63,983 bases of DNA from Octopus bimaculoides. Its lineage: Eukaryota. The notes below the pieces were generated by a model. The model was not told the origin of the DNA. It did not search any database and saw only the letters and a list, made by a program, of their open reading frames with translations. This document shows positions 51,421 through 63,983 of the stretch, one piece after another; positions within the stretch are counted from its first letter, which is position 1, and the number at the start of each line of letters is the position of its first letter. Location of the stretch: the NCBI RefSeq assembly GCF_001194135.2, contig NC_068982.1:10699798-10763780 (forward strand), given 5' to 3'. The translations under genes were made by a program, and so were the position numbers.

Positions 51421-52987
51421 ATATTTCCTACTTGTGGGAAATTTCAAAGACGCAAGAAGAATACGTTTTCCTTTAAATAGAGTGGGATAACTTTTATTCT
51501 AGTTACACCGACTCCTGAGTAATAAGGAATAGTACCTCCGAGTAACGACTCGCGCAAACTCGGCATTCATTGGATTATATATTAATATATGTGTATGCAT
51601 GTGTGTGTATATATATGCATGTATATTTATACTCACTGCGGGAGAAATAGATAAATAAGTAGAAGTAAATATATGCATATACACATAGATAAAAAATTTT
51701 AATCAAATATTACTTAGTGCTGTACACGCATTTATTTGTATATCTATATGTAGTCGTGCAGGAGCATATAAACGTAAAGATATTTCATCCTTCTCAGAGA
51801 TAGAAAAAGTTTGAGAAAAATGTGTTGGAATATCGATTGTAAATATGCTGTTTGCTATTTAAATATTTAGCAAAGTGTCAGGTAATCACTGTGTAAGTTC
51901 ATTAGGGGATATCTGATTTTGCGTTATTGTTCTCCTGTTCACTTTTTAATGAGTACAAGCGTTACCTTTTCCCTCCTTGCTATTCTTATATATCATTATA
52001 TCTGTCACTTATCAATTATAAATAGATTTCTGACTATTTATAGAAAAAAAAACAGTAACATAATTGTTTTAATTGGCTGGCATCATGCTGATACGATCAT
52101 GCGATTACTAATTTATGACGTCAAGCCTAGCAAAACTCATTTCTGATAGCTTTTCTAATAGAATCAATAATGAATATGCAACATATTTTGCATAATTTGC
52201 AATTATGTTCTGCTTAACAATCATAGAGTAAATTATATATTCTATTCGAAAGCTAAAGGATTAGAAGTGTACAACCCATACATGTGTGCAACCAAAATTT
52301 TATTGCAAAGACTTAAATGCGTCGTACACTTAATCAGCATGTTTATTTCTGAATGGCTCATCTCTGTTGGATTCTGAAATCCATGTTGAGATAATAGGTT
52401 TTATATTATCCATCATGCTATTTAGATCTCACTTGTATAATATATTCTATATAGTAAATATAAGATCTGAAAGACCATTCTTCTAAATTCGACATCCGAA
52501 GTAATTTAATATGGAAATATTTAAGCACGGATGCTCACAGTATACTTAAGATGGGTCCACACATTATATATACGTGGCAGAAACATATTACGTCTCATAA
52601 TTACCTTTTTCTATCTACTTGCATCATTGTTAAGTCGCACATCGTTTTGTTTCACTTGTTAATTACACTAAGTCTGAACCAGGAAGCATTCACGACTTCC
52701 GAAGAGCTAGCGCTTTTGTCAGTTAGTTGTAACTAGTATAGAAGTAATTGGACTGTATTGTGAAGAGGTTGAGCTAATAAACTGAAATATTATTCGTTTG
52801 CAAACTTCATTTCACATACATCTATGACAATGACCAAGACGGTTAACTTTCAGCAAATCATAGACGTGGATTTCATGAAGCTGATTTTCCGAAGAAACGC
52901 AACAAGATATAATGTTTAGTCGAAAACGAAAATAGTCAAGCAAGTATCTTGTTCTGAGCGGTAATTTGTTATTGTGTTTACACATAG

Positions 52988-53037
52988 ATTCATGGCAGCA
53001 TACGCCAGTTGGCTTGGAAACTCGGATGCTGAATATG
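52988..53037 (+). CDS. Isolated candidate exon (FMAAYASWLGNSDAEYG in one phase)
   Basis: TTGTGTTTACACATAG acceptor, TG|GTATTT donor, about 50% GC; no homology recognised. Confidence 0.2.
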
Positions 53038-53051
53038 GTATTTTATATCGT

Positions 53052-53224
53052 AATAATAATAATAATAATAATAATAAGGAGAAGAAGAAGAAGAAGAAGA
53101 AGAAGAAGAAGAAGAAGAAGAAGAAGAAGAAGAAGAAGAAGAAGAAGAAGAAGAAGAAGAAGAAGAAGAAGAAGAAGAAGAAGAAGAAGAAGAAGAAGAA
53201 GAAGAAGAAGAAGAAGAAGAAATA

Positions 53225-53255
<31 letters not shown>

Positions 53256-53293
53256 AAGAAGAAGAAGAAGAAGAAGAAGAAGAAGAAGAAGAA
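53052..53293. repeat. (AAT)n followed by about 70 (GAA) units with one interruption
   Basis: Direct inspection; AATATAAG interruption at about 53221. Confidence 0.97.
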
Positions 53294-53352
53294 TGGAACT
53301 GCACGCATATTGCGTCAAGTACTGTCAGTCTGAGGTCCTTGTCGTGACTTGA
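53293..53352 (+). mobile_element. R4-like LINE extreme 3' stub
   Basis: GTARILRQVLSV* followed by GAGGTCCTTGTCGTGACTTG, similar to the UTR of the 36890 copy. Confidence 0.65.
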
Positions 53353-54199
53353 GAAGGAGGAGGAGGGATGTGGTGGAGGAGCAAGATGGTAAGTGAGCTA
53401 ACTCGAATTTTCTTGTGAAAAAAAATTATGTATGAAATCGTTAACTTGAAAAAATGTTTACTGAGAAAGAAGAGAAAAGGGCAAGGAAGAGAGGAAATGA
53501 TGGACGGCAGAAGAGAAGATCTGAAACAAACGTAAATAGACTAAAACGAATTAAGGAACATCTCATTTGTTTATGCATCTGTGATATTCACCAGAGAAAT
53601 ATTCACTGAAATAAATTTCGGTCTATATCACGGTTAGAGTATAAATATTCCCAAAGCGGACATACTCTATATAAATTCAGTTAGTACTTCTCAAATGTTA
53701 TCTTCTACCATAACACTAATGTCTGCGATCCATATATGAAACCCAATAAGATGCATTCCTAATTGAGTGAGATTTAAAACTTAATATGGAAAGGAAGTAT
53801 TTTTTTATCTACATCAAGCAGGTGACAAACGCAATCTTTCGTGTGTTGAATTTGCAGGTCCTACTAAGATTTTGTGTATTTTCCATTCGCAAGTACATAT
53901 GCCTAGTATTTGCACCTTTGAAATGAGTTTATCATTGCTATATCTCAAGTACTGTAAAATTAGTTATTGTTCAGCATGGCATGAATTACTGCTTTTGCTG
54001 CCGTTTTGTATGGATTTTGTATGGTGGCTTCTTTCAAGTAGTTGATATATCTAGTAAAGTTAGATACCTGCCGCCTTTCGGTTTTCGTGCGTTACACACG
54101 GTAACGTCATAATGTTTTAACTTTTCTTTCGACATACATACACACACACACACACACAAATATATGTATATATATATATANNNNNNNNNNATATATATG

Positions 54200-54263
54200 A
54201 AATTTTGAATTTAGTTCACGGACCTCCAGTACAACTTTTGCGTACCCAAGGTTTGGAACCACT
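54200..54263. mobile_element. hAT-Charlie-like MITE right end
   Basis: GGTTTGGAACCACTG followed by ATCTAGAA, a typical Charlie end and target. Confidence 0.45.
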
Positions 54264-54570
54264 GATCTAGAAATTGTGTAGTTGTTCTTTTGATACATCT
54301 TCCTTTTAGTATATTTTATTCTTTATCTTATATTCTTCTCTTCCTACATCTTCTCTCTTCATGGTTTCATTCCTCTCCTTTTACCCTTCCTTGCGACTAC
54401 ACCTATAAAGCGAAAACCTCTTCACGCAAAATCCGAGTTATTCCCCCTTCTCCACTTTATTTGCAATTTTAAAACCATCGAATATTTATACACATACGCA
54501 TACATATATACGTATAGACACACACAGATATGACAAACCTATATCGGTACAAATATACACACACACACAC

Positions 54571-54612
<42 letters not shown>

Positions 54613-57600
54613 NNNNNNNNNNNNNNNNNNNNNNNNNNNNNNNNNNNNNNNNNNNNNNNNNNNNNNNNNNNNNNNNNNNNNNNNNNNNNNNNNNNNNNNN
54701 NNNNNNNNNNNNNNNNNNNNNNNNNNNNNNNNNNNNNNNNNNNNNNNNNNNNNNNNNNNNNNNNNNNNNNNNNNNNNNNNNNNNNNNNNNNNNNNNNNNN
54801 NNNNNNNNNNNNNNNNNNNNNNNNNNNNNNNNNNNNNNNNNNNNNNNNNNNNNNNNNNNNNNNNNNNNNNNNNNNNNNNNNNNNNNNNNNNNNNNNNNNN
54901 NNNNNNNNNNNNNNNNNNNNNNNNNNNNNNNNNNNNNNNNNNNNNNNNNNNNNNNNNNNNNNNNNNNNNNNNNNNNNNNNNNNNNNNNNNNNNNNNNNNN
55001 NNNNNNNNNNNNNNNNNNNNNNNNNNNNNNNNNNNNNNNNNNNNNNNNNNNNNNNNNNNNNNNNNNNNNNNNNNNNNNNNNNNNNNNNNNNNNNNNNNNN
55101 NNNNNNNNNNNNNNNNNNNNNNNNNNNNNNNNNNNNNNNNNNNNNNNNNNNNNNNNNNNNNNNNNNNNNNNNNNNNNNNNNNNNNNNNNNNNNNNNNNNN
55201 NNNNNNNNNNNNNNNNNNNNNNNNNNNNNNNNNNNNNNNNNNNNNNNNNNNNNNNNNNNNNNNNNNNNNNNNNNNNNNNNNNNNNNNNNNNNNNNNNNNN
55301 NNNNNNNNNNNNNNNNNNNNNNNNNNNNNNNNNNNNNNNNNNNNNNNNNNNNNNNNNNNNNNNNNNNNNNNNNNNNNNNNNNNNNNNNNNNNNNNNNNNN
55401 NNNNNNNNNNNNNNNNNNNNNNNNNNNNNNNNNNNNNNNNNNNNNNNNNNNTATATATATATGGAGGCTTAATTGAAGGTACTTGTTGAGAGCAATGTTC
55501 GTCTCAAAAAAGTCTCAATAGATGGGGCACATATTTGTATCAAAATAGTCATAAATGTAAATGTCGACGAATCATAAAATATGTTTATTGCGTTTGATAG
55601 CACTATGTTGTAGTTTTATTTCAATAGTCACTTACAGCTTGCAAGATGTTAATTTGGAGATTAACACCGCTGAATTCAAATACTTTGGAGTATAAAATGT
55701 AAGTATAGATGCTGGAAAGAGCAGACAAATATATAGCGACGTTTTAGATAACGGAAACCTCGTAAGGCTTACACCTCGAAAGTAACCCGAGTCAACTGTT
55801 TGTAAGATAAATACGAAAGGAAATATAAATATATATTATGTCTGTGTATTCTGTTTTATTCAAACATGGGAAAATGCATTTAAACTGCAATGAAAAGGAT
55901 ATAAAATTGTTTAAAAAATAACATTTGATAATAAATATTGAAAAAAATCTACTGCAGCCGGTGAAAGGACGTCATAAACATTGATATTTATTCACAGTTT
56001 GTAATTTATGCTCAAAAGTACATATTGCTTTCTAATCCGAAGCATTTTGTTGACAATGAAAACACGATTGTGCATGTTAAATTTTTAAAATTAGTATTAA
56101 GTAATTGTTTTAAATACACATAGTATTTTTATTTAAATTTCTTTAAATCTAATTACAGTTATAATACAGAGATTGCTGCAAAGTAGGATATTTTCTAGAA
56201 TTACAATTTTATATTTAAAAAATACAGAAAAATGTATATATGACAAGGGCAAGTTTATTGTAATGATAAATGTTTTAGTTCTGTATACAATATTTTATGC
56301 TTGAATTATCCGTCTCATTAATTATAGCATAGAGTAAATATATATTTGAATGGACAACAACATTTCTCTTTTTTTTTCCGAGAGAATTATAGACATTTTT
56401 AATATATTTTCTTAATTGTATATTTGTTTACTGTACTTATCGTTTTTCCTAAATTATAATTTTAATCAGGACATTAATTGCCTGTATATAATTATATTTC
56501 GAAATTTTATATAGGTTTATTTCAACGGCAGCTTTGTTTCACATCTGTTATTTTAAGGTTATCTACTTTCAAAATCTTCAAACCCTAGAAATATCTGTAT
56601 ATTTTGTATACATCTAAAAACATGTATTAATTATATATTTTTTAATGCTATTTTACATTTTCATTAATTCATAATACGCAAGGGGTTTGTGGTACTTAAT
56701 ATAATTTCTTCCAATGAATCCTTCAAAATGTATCCTTCCGTGTCAACTATAGCGATTTCAAAACGAATGTTTGTGCAGTTTTGCGGGATACATTTGAACG
56801 TATACCGGACAAAATTTGCTAATGCCAAATCTTTTATGGGTTATTTCTTAGACAGAACCTGGGGTAATATATATATTATGTGCAACATTATAAATAGCCG
56901 CTTGTCAATTCCACACAAAGATTCATCGTTCACCTTCAATATTGCCTATAGGCAACAGTGAAGTGATCGGATATTCGGGTTTTTCTCAACGTGTGATACT
57001 TTTGAGACATATTTGGTATGTTTCAATTGATTTGTGCTCAGTTTCTCGCGGCAAAAAACTGTTTCCATAATTTGTTGAACGATTTCAAACTCCGGACTCT
57101 GATACAACTTCATATCGTACAGAATCAAACTCTGAACCCTGCTCTTTTTCGGAGTAAACAGAACCAGCGCGGCCACGTTTCATATAAAAACAAGAACAAC
57201 TTAATTCATAATTCAGGTTCAAATTCACACCCTGATGAGTATATCGAGTCCAGATCTAGTAATGTATGGCATCTAATTTTCCCTCGAAAGGAAATGTTTA
57301 AAAACGACTAAATAATTCATGAAAACGGTGCTTTCCTGCAGAGGCAACAAAAATGCGACAACAATGGTTAAGTTCGTAAACAGCAATTTGTTTGATGTTT
57401 CAAGTCAAGCCTGTAATGAAAATACTTAAGCAAAGCTAGTGTCTTTGTTGTATCAACAAGAAATATTACAAACATATTTCGGATTAACTCAGGTCCATAG
57501 TGTAATTTCTAGAGTCAATTCTTCAATCATATAGTCATCGTCTATCAGTGTTATTGATATGAAATATTGGTAAATGCTAGTTACAATAGATAAAATCTAT

Positions 57601-57959
57601 AAGAAGGAAACGAACCTAAAACAAATACTTCAGTATCTGCGGTACATCACAACTAATGAGCTTTTTAGAAATTATTCAAATATGAATTAGAAGTAACTCG
57701 CGGTATATAAACAAAATCGAATACACAAATACAATTTGTGTGTGCTGTTCGTTCGTCAGGCGGATGCATTTTTTAGGTATAAAAGAATATAATTTTGATT
57801 CCCTTGGTGTAAAACACCTGAAAGTAAGTCATAGAGAAGCGAGACAACTCACATCAAATCCCCTTTTTTTTACGGAGCGACAGACATCGATGTTCCGTCA
57901 TCATTTTGACTTATCAATGTCCCATACCGAACAGGTCTTGCTGCAAGCTATCTAACCAG

Positions 57960-58905
57960 CTATCATCATCATCATCATCATCGTTTAACGTCCGCTTTCC
58001 ATGCTAGCATGGGTTGGACGATTTGACTGAGGACTGGTGAAACCGGATGGCAACACCAGGCTCCAGTCTGATTTGGCAGAGTTTCTACAGCTGGATGCCC
58101 TTCCTAACGCCAACCACTCAGAGAGTGTAGTGGGTGCTTTTACGTGTCACCCGCACGAAAACGGCCACGCTCNNNNNNNNNNNNNNNNNNNNNNNNNNNN
58201 NNNNNNNNNNNNNNNNNNNNNNNNNNNNNNNNNNNNNNNNNNNNNNNNNNNNNNNNNNNNNNNNNNNNNNNNNNNNNNNNNNNNNNNNNNNNNNNNNNNN
58301 NNNNNNNNNNNNNNNNNNNNNNNNNNNNNNNNNNNNNNNNNNNNNNNNNNNNNNNNNNNNNNNNNNNNNNNNNNNNNNNNNNNNNNNNNNNNNNNNNNNN
58401 NNNNNNNNNNNNNNNNNNNNNNNNNNNNNNNNNNNNNNNNNNNNNNNNNNNNNNNNNNNNNNNNNNNNNNNNNNNNNNNNNNNNNNNNNNNNNNNNNNNN
58501 NNNNNNNNNNNNNNNNNNNNNNNNNNNNNNNNNNNNNNNNNNNNNNNNNNNNNNNNNNNNNNNNNNNNNNNNNNNNNNNNNNNNNNNNNNNNNNNNNNNN
58601 NNNNNGCAATCGTCTCTCTTGCACGCCACAACTGATGCTTCTAATGTTCAGCTTTTCTCTCAAGATACTTACACTCTGACGGGTATTCACATTGACATTA
58701 CACATCCAACGGAGCATACTGGCTTCATTCCTTGCGAGCTTACGTATGTCCTCAGCAGTTACAGCCCATGTTTCACTGCCATGTAGCATGGTTGTTCGTA
58801 CGCATGCGTCATACAGTCTGCCTTTTACTCTGAGTGAGAGTCCCTTTGTCGCCAGCAGGGGTAAGAGCTCTCTAAACTTTGCCCAGGCTATTCTTAGCTA
58901 AATAC
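57960..58905 (-). mobile_element. RTE-clade LINE 3' fragment (RT C-terminus, gap, 3' UTR, (GAT)n tail)
   Basis: MLHGSETWAVTAEDIRKLARNEASMLRWMCNV...LREKLNIRSI...QERRL is a classic RTE C-terminus; the UTR matches 40215-40520. Confidence 0.93.
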
Positions 58906-59055
58906 TAAATGATTTAAGATCCATCTGCCAGTATGTCCCAACGTATCATTCCACGCAAAGAATTCAAATATGAATGAGAAGCAGCTCGATGTATATAGAC
59001 AGAATCGAACACACATACACAAGGTGTGTGTGTGTGTGTGTATGTATGTTGTCGG

Positions 59056-59213
59056 TTCGTCAGGTGGCTGCAGTTTTTAAACCCTGTAGTATATAGTTAT
59101 GTAGTATATACGAACCATGTAGTATATACGAACTGACTTGCTTTCAGGTGATTTACTTCAAGAACGTTCAGAATATATTTACTTACGCCAAAAAAGCGCA
59201 GCCGCCCGACGAA
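59056..59213. mobile_element. Small MITE-like element with 16-bp imperfect TIRs
   Basis: TTCGTCAGGTGGCTGC / GCAGCCGCCCGACGAA (14 of 16 complementary). Confidence 0.5.
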
Positions 59214-59269
59214 TTAACAACACATACACCTTGTGTATGTGTGTTTGATTTTGTTTAGAGATTATATTG

Positions 59270-59482
59270 GTTTCAAATTTAGGCACAAAAACAGTAATAT
59301 TGATGAAAGGGCTCAGTCGATTATATCGCCCCAAGTACTTGACAGGTACTTATTTAACCAATCCCGGAATATTTGAAAGACAGAGTCGACCTCGGTAGAA
59401 TTTGAACTCAGAGCGTAAAGACGGACGAAATGCGACGAAGTATTTTACTCGGCCTGCTAACGATTCTGCCAGCTCGCTACCT
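59270..59482 (-). mobile_element. SINE family A
   Basis: GTCGACCTCGGTAGAATTTGAACTCAGAGCGT...GATTCTGCCAGCTCGC. Confidence 0.82.
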
Positions 59483-60744
59483 TATTTAGATATTATATCA
59501 AGATAACAACATATCACATTAGTCTTTATTATTGGAACATTTTGTATTTGCATCAATAGCACAATAGGAAATATTTTTGCATTACTACTATAGATTTTCC
59601 TCGTATTATTTTTCATTTTCTGTAAGAAACATGTTATATTAGTCTTTTTTTTTTTTATCTTGTTCACTTGTTCATATTTTTAAAATGTTTTCCGAATGAA
59701 CTAACCAATAATTAAAAGTTGTATATTATTTGACGCCACAAAACATAGTTAGAGATGTAAGAACAAATCACATATTCCCTTATCTGATAGTTTTATATTT
59801 TCGAGATTTCTTTCTCTCTCACCATATACTGTATTGATCTCTGAATTTCAGAAATAGACCATCATTAAACGACAAATAATATCTGATATATCATGCTTCT
59901 CCAATTGATGTTTCTATTGATTTTAGACATCTGCTTTCCATCTTATTAATATGAAACTTCTCTGCAGCTCGGAATATTAAATTGCTTGAATATGACACTA
60001 AGGCCACAATCTGTTGACGTAAAGGATGTTCACTTTGATTGGTGCTTATATTTTTAGTTTACTTTATAATGGTCTGCAATAACTGTCGACGCCGCAAAAT
60101 TGCTGCCTGGAAGAGTAATAACAATAATGTCGATATACGAGTATTTTAAGAATTTATGATCATATATTGTTACCGAAATAAAAATAAAAATTAAAATAAA
60201 ATATTTTTACGTGAATATTTTTATTCCAACAATATCATTACAATTAGCTACATAGAAATTTTGTGAGTGCTTTTGTGTACATGTTCTCAGACATATTTAT
60301 GCATATGTATATTGCGTAAGGGTGATATTACCGTATATTTAAGGTAAACAGACAAATAAACACATGAGAACACTCGTATGCGCATGTATCTCATAGCTTA
60401 TATTCTTGTATATTCTAGTTTATAAGTGAGAGCTGCAGTTAGCCTGTACTTTAAACTAGCAACGACATACTAAATAAGTAATGCATAATATTCGAGGTCC
60501 AATTAAATGAAAAAGATAAAGAAAGAATTGAGTTCAAAATTTATCTGTAAAGTATATGGAAGTGACTGTCTGTCGGAAATATTTTAAATCATTGTCGTCA
60601 ACTTGATTAATGATGAAAAGAAAAATAACCTTTGTTTTACGAAGGAAACCAAGCCATTCACTTTCAACATAACATTGTATTTTCATCTACACTAGGTAAT
60701 TGCACAATTAGTTTAGTAGGACAATTTAGACATTATACATATGC

Positions 60745-60822
<78 letters not shown>

Positions 60823-62084
60823 NNNNNNNNNNNNNNNNNNNNNNNNNNNNNNNNNNNNNNNNNNNNNNNNNNNNNNNNNNNNNNNNNNNNNNNNNNNNNN
60901 NNNNNNNNNNNNTATGCACTCATGCCAACATGACAAGGAGAGTACCCACAATTAAAATGTGTGTTTTGGCGAAGAGAAATAACCAGAAAATCAAATTACA
61001 AGTGAATTTAATTACTATGATCTTTAATGTAACAGAAAATTTGACGTTTGGCACACGAATTTCAAAGAGGAAATCAGGTAGTCTGGAAGGAAATACGAGC
61101 AAATGTTCGTATTTTCTATCAAATATTCATATTAGTGTATGTGAGACGATTTCAACTATTAAATTTGTTCAGATATTTTGTTATCTCTTCAATTAGGCTT
61201 TCTTAAAAACACAGACTCATGGTGTGCAATGAACGATTAATGTTATATGTGTGTAGGATATGACAAGAAATATTTGTCACTAATCTTTAGTACTGCAAAA
61301 CAGATATTAAAGCATTTGTTATTAACAACAATCTACCAGCTTTTAAGATAGCGAATACACAACTAAGAACCGATGATATATATAAATTTGGTTGCATGTA
61401 CGAAAATTGTAATCGACTTAAATACTCCTGTGTATGGGTATAAAAATTACACCCCTCTTCCAAGAGATGTGGAGCCAGGCTGGGAGAGTAGGCTCATCAA
61501 ACTAGTGTGGTCTCAAGCTCAAGTTCATGGCCTTCATATCGAATCGTGTTTTCTGGAGAGAACATGCTGATCCCTTCGTCCTGCAGTGGACGAAGGCAAT
61601 CCAGTCCAATATGAAAATAGTAATTTGACGAATTCAACAGCCATATTGGCCTTACAAATACAGCGCTCTCTTCCTGACTCAGTAAACACTTACAAAAGTA
61701 CAACTGCAATACACTGCACAACTCAGTAGGAAACCTAATTTTGCAGCAATGTTGGTTACAATTTTGCAGCAATTTTGGTTACAATACGGAAGCAGCAACC
61801 CTTGCTCAGATAATTTACTTGTTACGTTGAAACTATGACAAGACTAGAAATGACAAGACTATGACAAGACTAGAAACTAGAAACTAAAGTAGAAACATCG
61901 ATAGTTTGATTTTATTTACTGCTTTATTTTTATACTCTTATACTGCAAGGAACTCGTATGAAAATATCAAACTCGGGAAAGATAACACAACTAGAACAGT
62001 CATATTTAATGTGACGTATGAGTATGCATGTGTATATATGGATATATGGAGACAATGTAAGTGTGTATGTATGTATACATACAT

Positions 62085-62087
62085 ACG

Positions 62088-62145
<58 letters not shown>

Positions 62146-62317
62146 CATACATACATACACAGACAGAAAAAGAAACGTCATACACACGGATGGATGAATG
62201 GATGGATGGATGGATAGATGGATGGATCGATGGATGGATGGATCGATGGATGGATGGATCGATGGATGTGTATGTCAAAGGCATGTGTGTATGTGCGCGT
62301 GTGTGCGTGTGTGTGTG

Positions 62318-62348
<31 letters not shown>

Positions 62349-62365
62349 CTGTGTGTGTGTGTGCA
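62085..62365. repeat. Compound microsatellite (TA)(GA)(TACA)(GGAT)(TG)
   Basis: Direct inspection. Confidence 0.95.
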
Positions 62366-62668
62366 TGTATATTGTGATTACGCTTGTAAATTCATTTGAA
62401 TATTATTAATAGGTTTTATCAAATGGAGCTATATTATTTGATTTTTTTTTAATTCCAAAAGCTATTTCCTTCCAAATTCTTTTAAGTGCACGCCACCGCT
62501 AAAAGACTGTAGACAGTACACTTTTCAAAATTTATGGTCATGTCTAAAGCAATATAATTTATTGTTCACTATACAGTGTAAGATTTTCTGACCCATTTCT
62601 CCAGTTTGTTTGAAATCTATTTACAAATGAGACAGGCAAAAATAAATAAATTGGCTATAGCAAAATAA

Positions 62669-62926
62669 AGTCCTGGTTTAGGACTAATGTTGCTGTAATT
62701 TAGCCCCAAGAGACATCGTCTCCAGTTGGGTATACGACACAATCTGTGTCCTTATATTTTCGAACAGGAGAGTCTATCACCACCACTCAGCTCAAAACAA
62801 TCGCGATACACAGATATTGTTTTGAGCTGAGTTGGGGAGGTGTGCTAGATTCTCTTGTCGTATAGCCAACTGAAGACGATGTTTGCTGGGGGTAAATTAC
62901 AGCAACATTCGTCCTAAACCAGGACT
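62669..62926. repeat. Family G fold-back (two copies in inverted orientation)
   Basis: AGTCCTGGTTTAGGAC..ATGTTGCTGTAATTTA versus TAAATTACAGCAACAT..GTCCTAAACCAGGACT; central 16-bp perfect stem. Confidence 0.88.
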
Positions 62927-63039
62927 GCCATGTTATATTATTACCTTGCCTAAATATTCAGAAACAAAATGCAGAGAATCCGCAGAATAATGTCCCCTTA
63001 AAACACGAAAATACATACATACATACATGCATACATACA

Positions 63040-63074
<35 letters not shown>

Positions 63075-63494
63075 GTATATATATACATAANNNNNNNNNN
63101 ACATACATACATACATACATATATATGTATATATATACATAAAGTATGGGGGTTTAGTTCACAGGTGATCTAAACGATTAGGTGCGCTGATGACGGAATA
63201 TCCCATACTCGAGGATGTCCCAGAAAAGGTGTAAGATTTTGAATTTCTCCATGGAATAATAGTGTATGACTTGAGATGTTTGCCTTGCCTTAATTTTTGA
63301 CGTCTTGTTTAACAATTTTATATATATATATATATATNNNNNNNNNNNNNNNNNNNNNNNNNNNNNNNNNNNNNNNNNNNNNNNNNNNNNNNNNNNNNNN
63401 NNNNNNNNNNNNNNNNNNNNNNNNNNNNNNNNNNNNNNNNNNNNNNNNNNNNNNNNNNNNNNNNNNNNTATATATATGTAAATATATACATATA

Positions 63495-63920
63495 TGTATA
63501 CTCTTTTACTCTTTTACTTGTTTCAGTCTTTTGACTGTGGCCATGCTGGAGCACCGCCTTTAGTCGAGCAAATTGACCTCAGGACTTATTCTTTAGAAGC
63601 CTAGTACTCATTCTATCGGTCTCTTTTGCCGAACCGCTAGGTTACAGGGACATAAACACACCAGCATCGGTTGTCAAGCGATGTTGGGGGGACAAACACA
63701 GACACACAAACACATACACACATACATATATATATGTATATATATACATATATACAACAGGTTTCTTTCAGTTTCCGTCTACCAAATCCACTCACAAGGC
63801 TTTGGTCGGCCCGAGGCTATAGTAGAAGACACTTGCCCAAGATGCCATGGAGTGGGACTGAACCCGGGACCATGTGGTTGATAAGCAAGCTACGTACCAC
63901 ACAGCCACTCCTACGCCTAC
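63495..63920 (-). mobile_element. SINE family B, full length (about 430 bp)
   Basis: On minus: tRNA-like head, core, (TA/CA) linker, body and (AGTAAAAG)n tail. Confidence 0.9.
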
Positions 63921-63983
63921 GTATGTATATTTATATATATGTATGTATGTATATATGTATGTATGTGTGTGTGTATATATATA

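Noticed and set aside
52916-53352. Poly-R, -K, -F, -S and -L ORFs
   Set aside because: Translations of the (GAA)n and (AAT)n tracts.
53380-53395. ATG|GTAAGT first-exon-like signal
   Set aside because: Isolated motif next to a LINE stub; no promoter or downstream support.
57232-57290. CTGATGAG hammerhead-like start
   Set aside because: No stem II followed by GAAA at a suitable distance.
59890-60180. Minus frame of about 95 codons needing one frameshift, and a plus candidate exon at 59968-60018
   Set aside because: No acceptor on minus and no homology; compatible with chance or an ancient repeat.

Overview
AT-rich, repeat-dense animal genomic DNA from a gapped draft assembly (13 N-runs, most flanked by (TA)n or (CA)n). 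The SINE families and microsatellite load resemble coleoid cephalopod (Octopus-like) sequence; this is recognised from memory, not searched. No protein-coding gene, rRNA, genuine tRNA or CRISPR array can be called confidently. Most long ORFs in the track are microsatellite or gap artefacts; the few protein-like ones are transposon relics. The window is a mosaic of tRNA-derived SINEs, decayed LINEs (at least seven R4/Dong-like REL fragments, plus RTE and CR1-like), a Penelope-like GIY-YIG fragment, a mariner N-terminus, a solo LTR with TG..CA ends and a 4-bp TSD, MITEs and fold-backs. The top observation is a tRNA-headed short element carrying a minimal type-I hammerhead ribozyme motif with a palindromic ACGT stem III (two copies, 4275-4320 and 39086-39131). 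A roughly 500-bp non-coding element always found inside (TAA)n tracts has inserted into one of these copies. A low-confidence, phase-consistent chain of candidate exons lies at 22.3-24.9 kb. Repeat boundaries are approximate unless a TSD or TIR is quoted.
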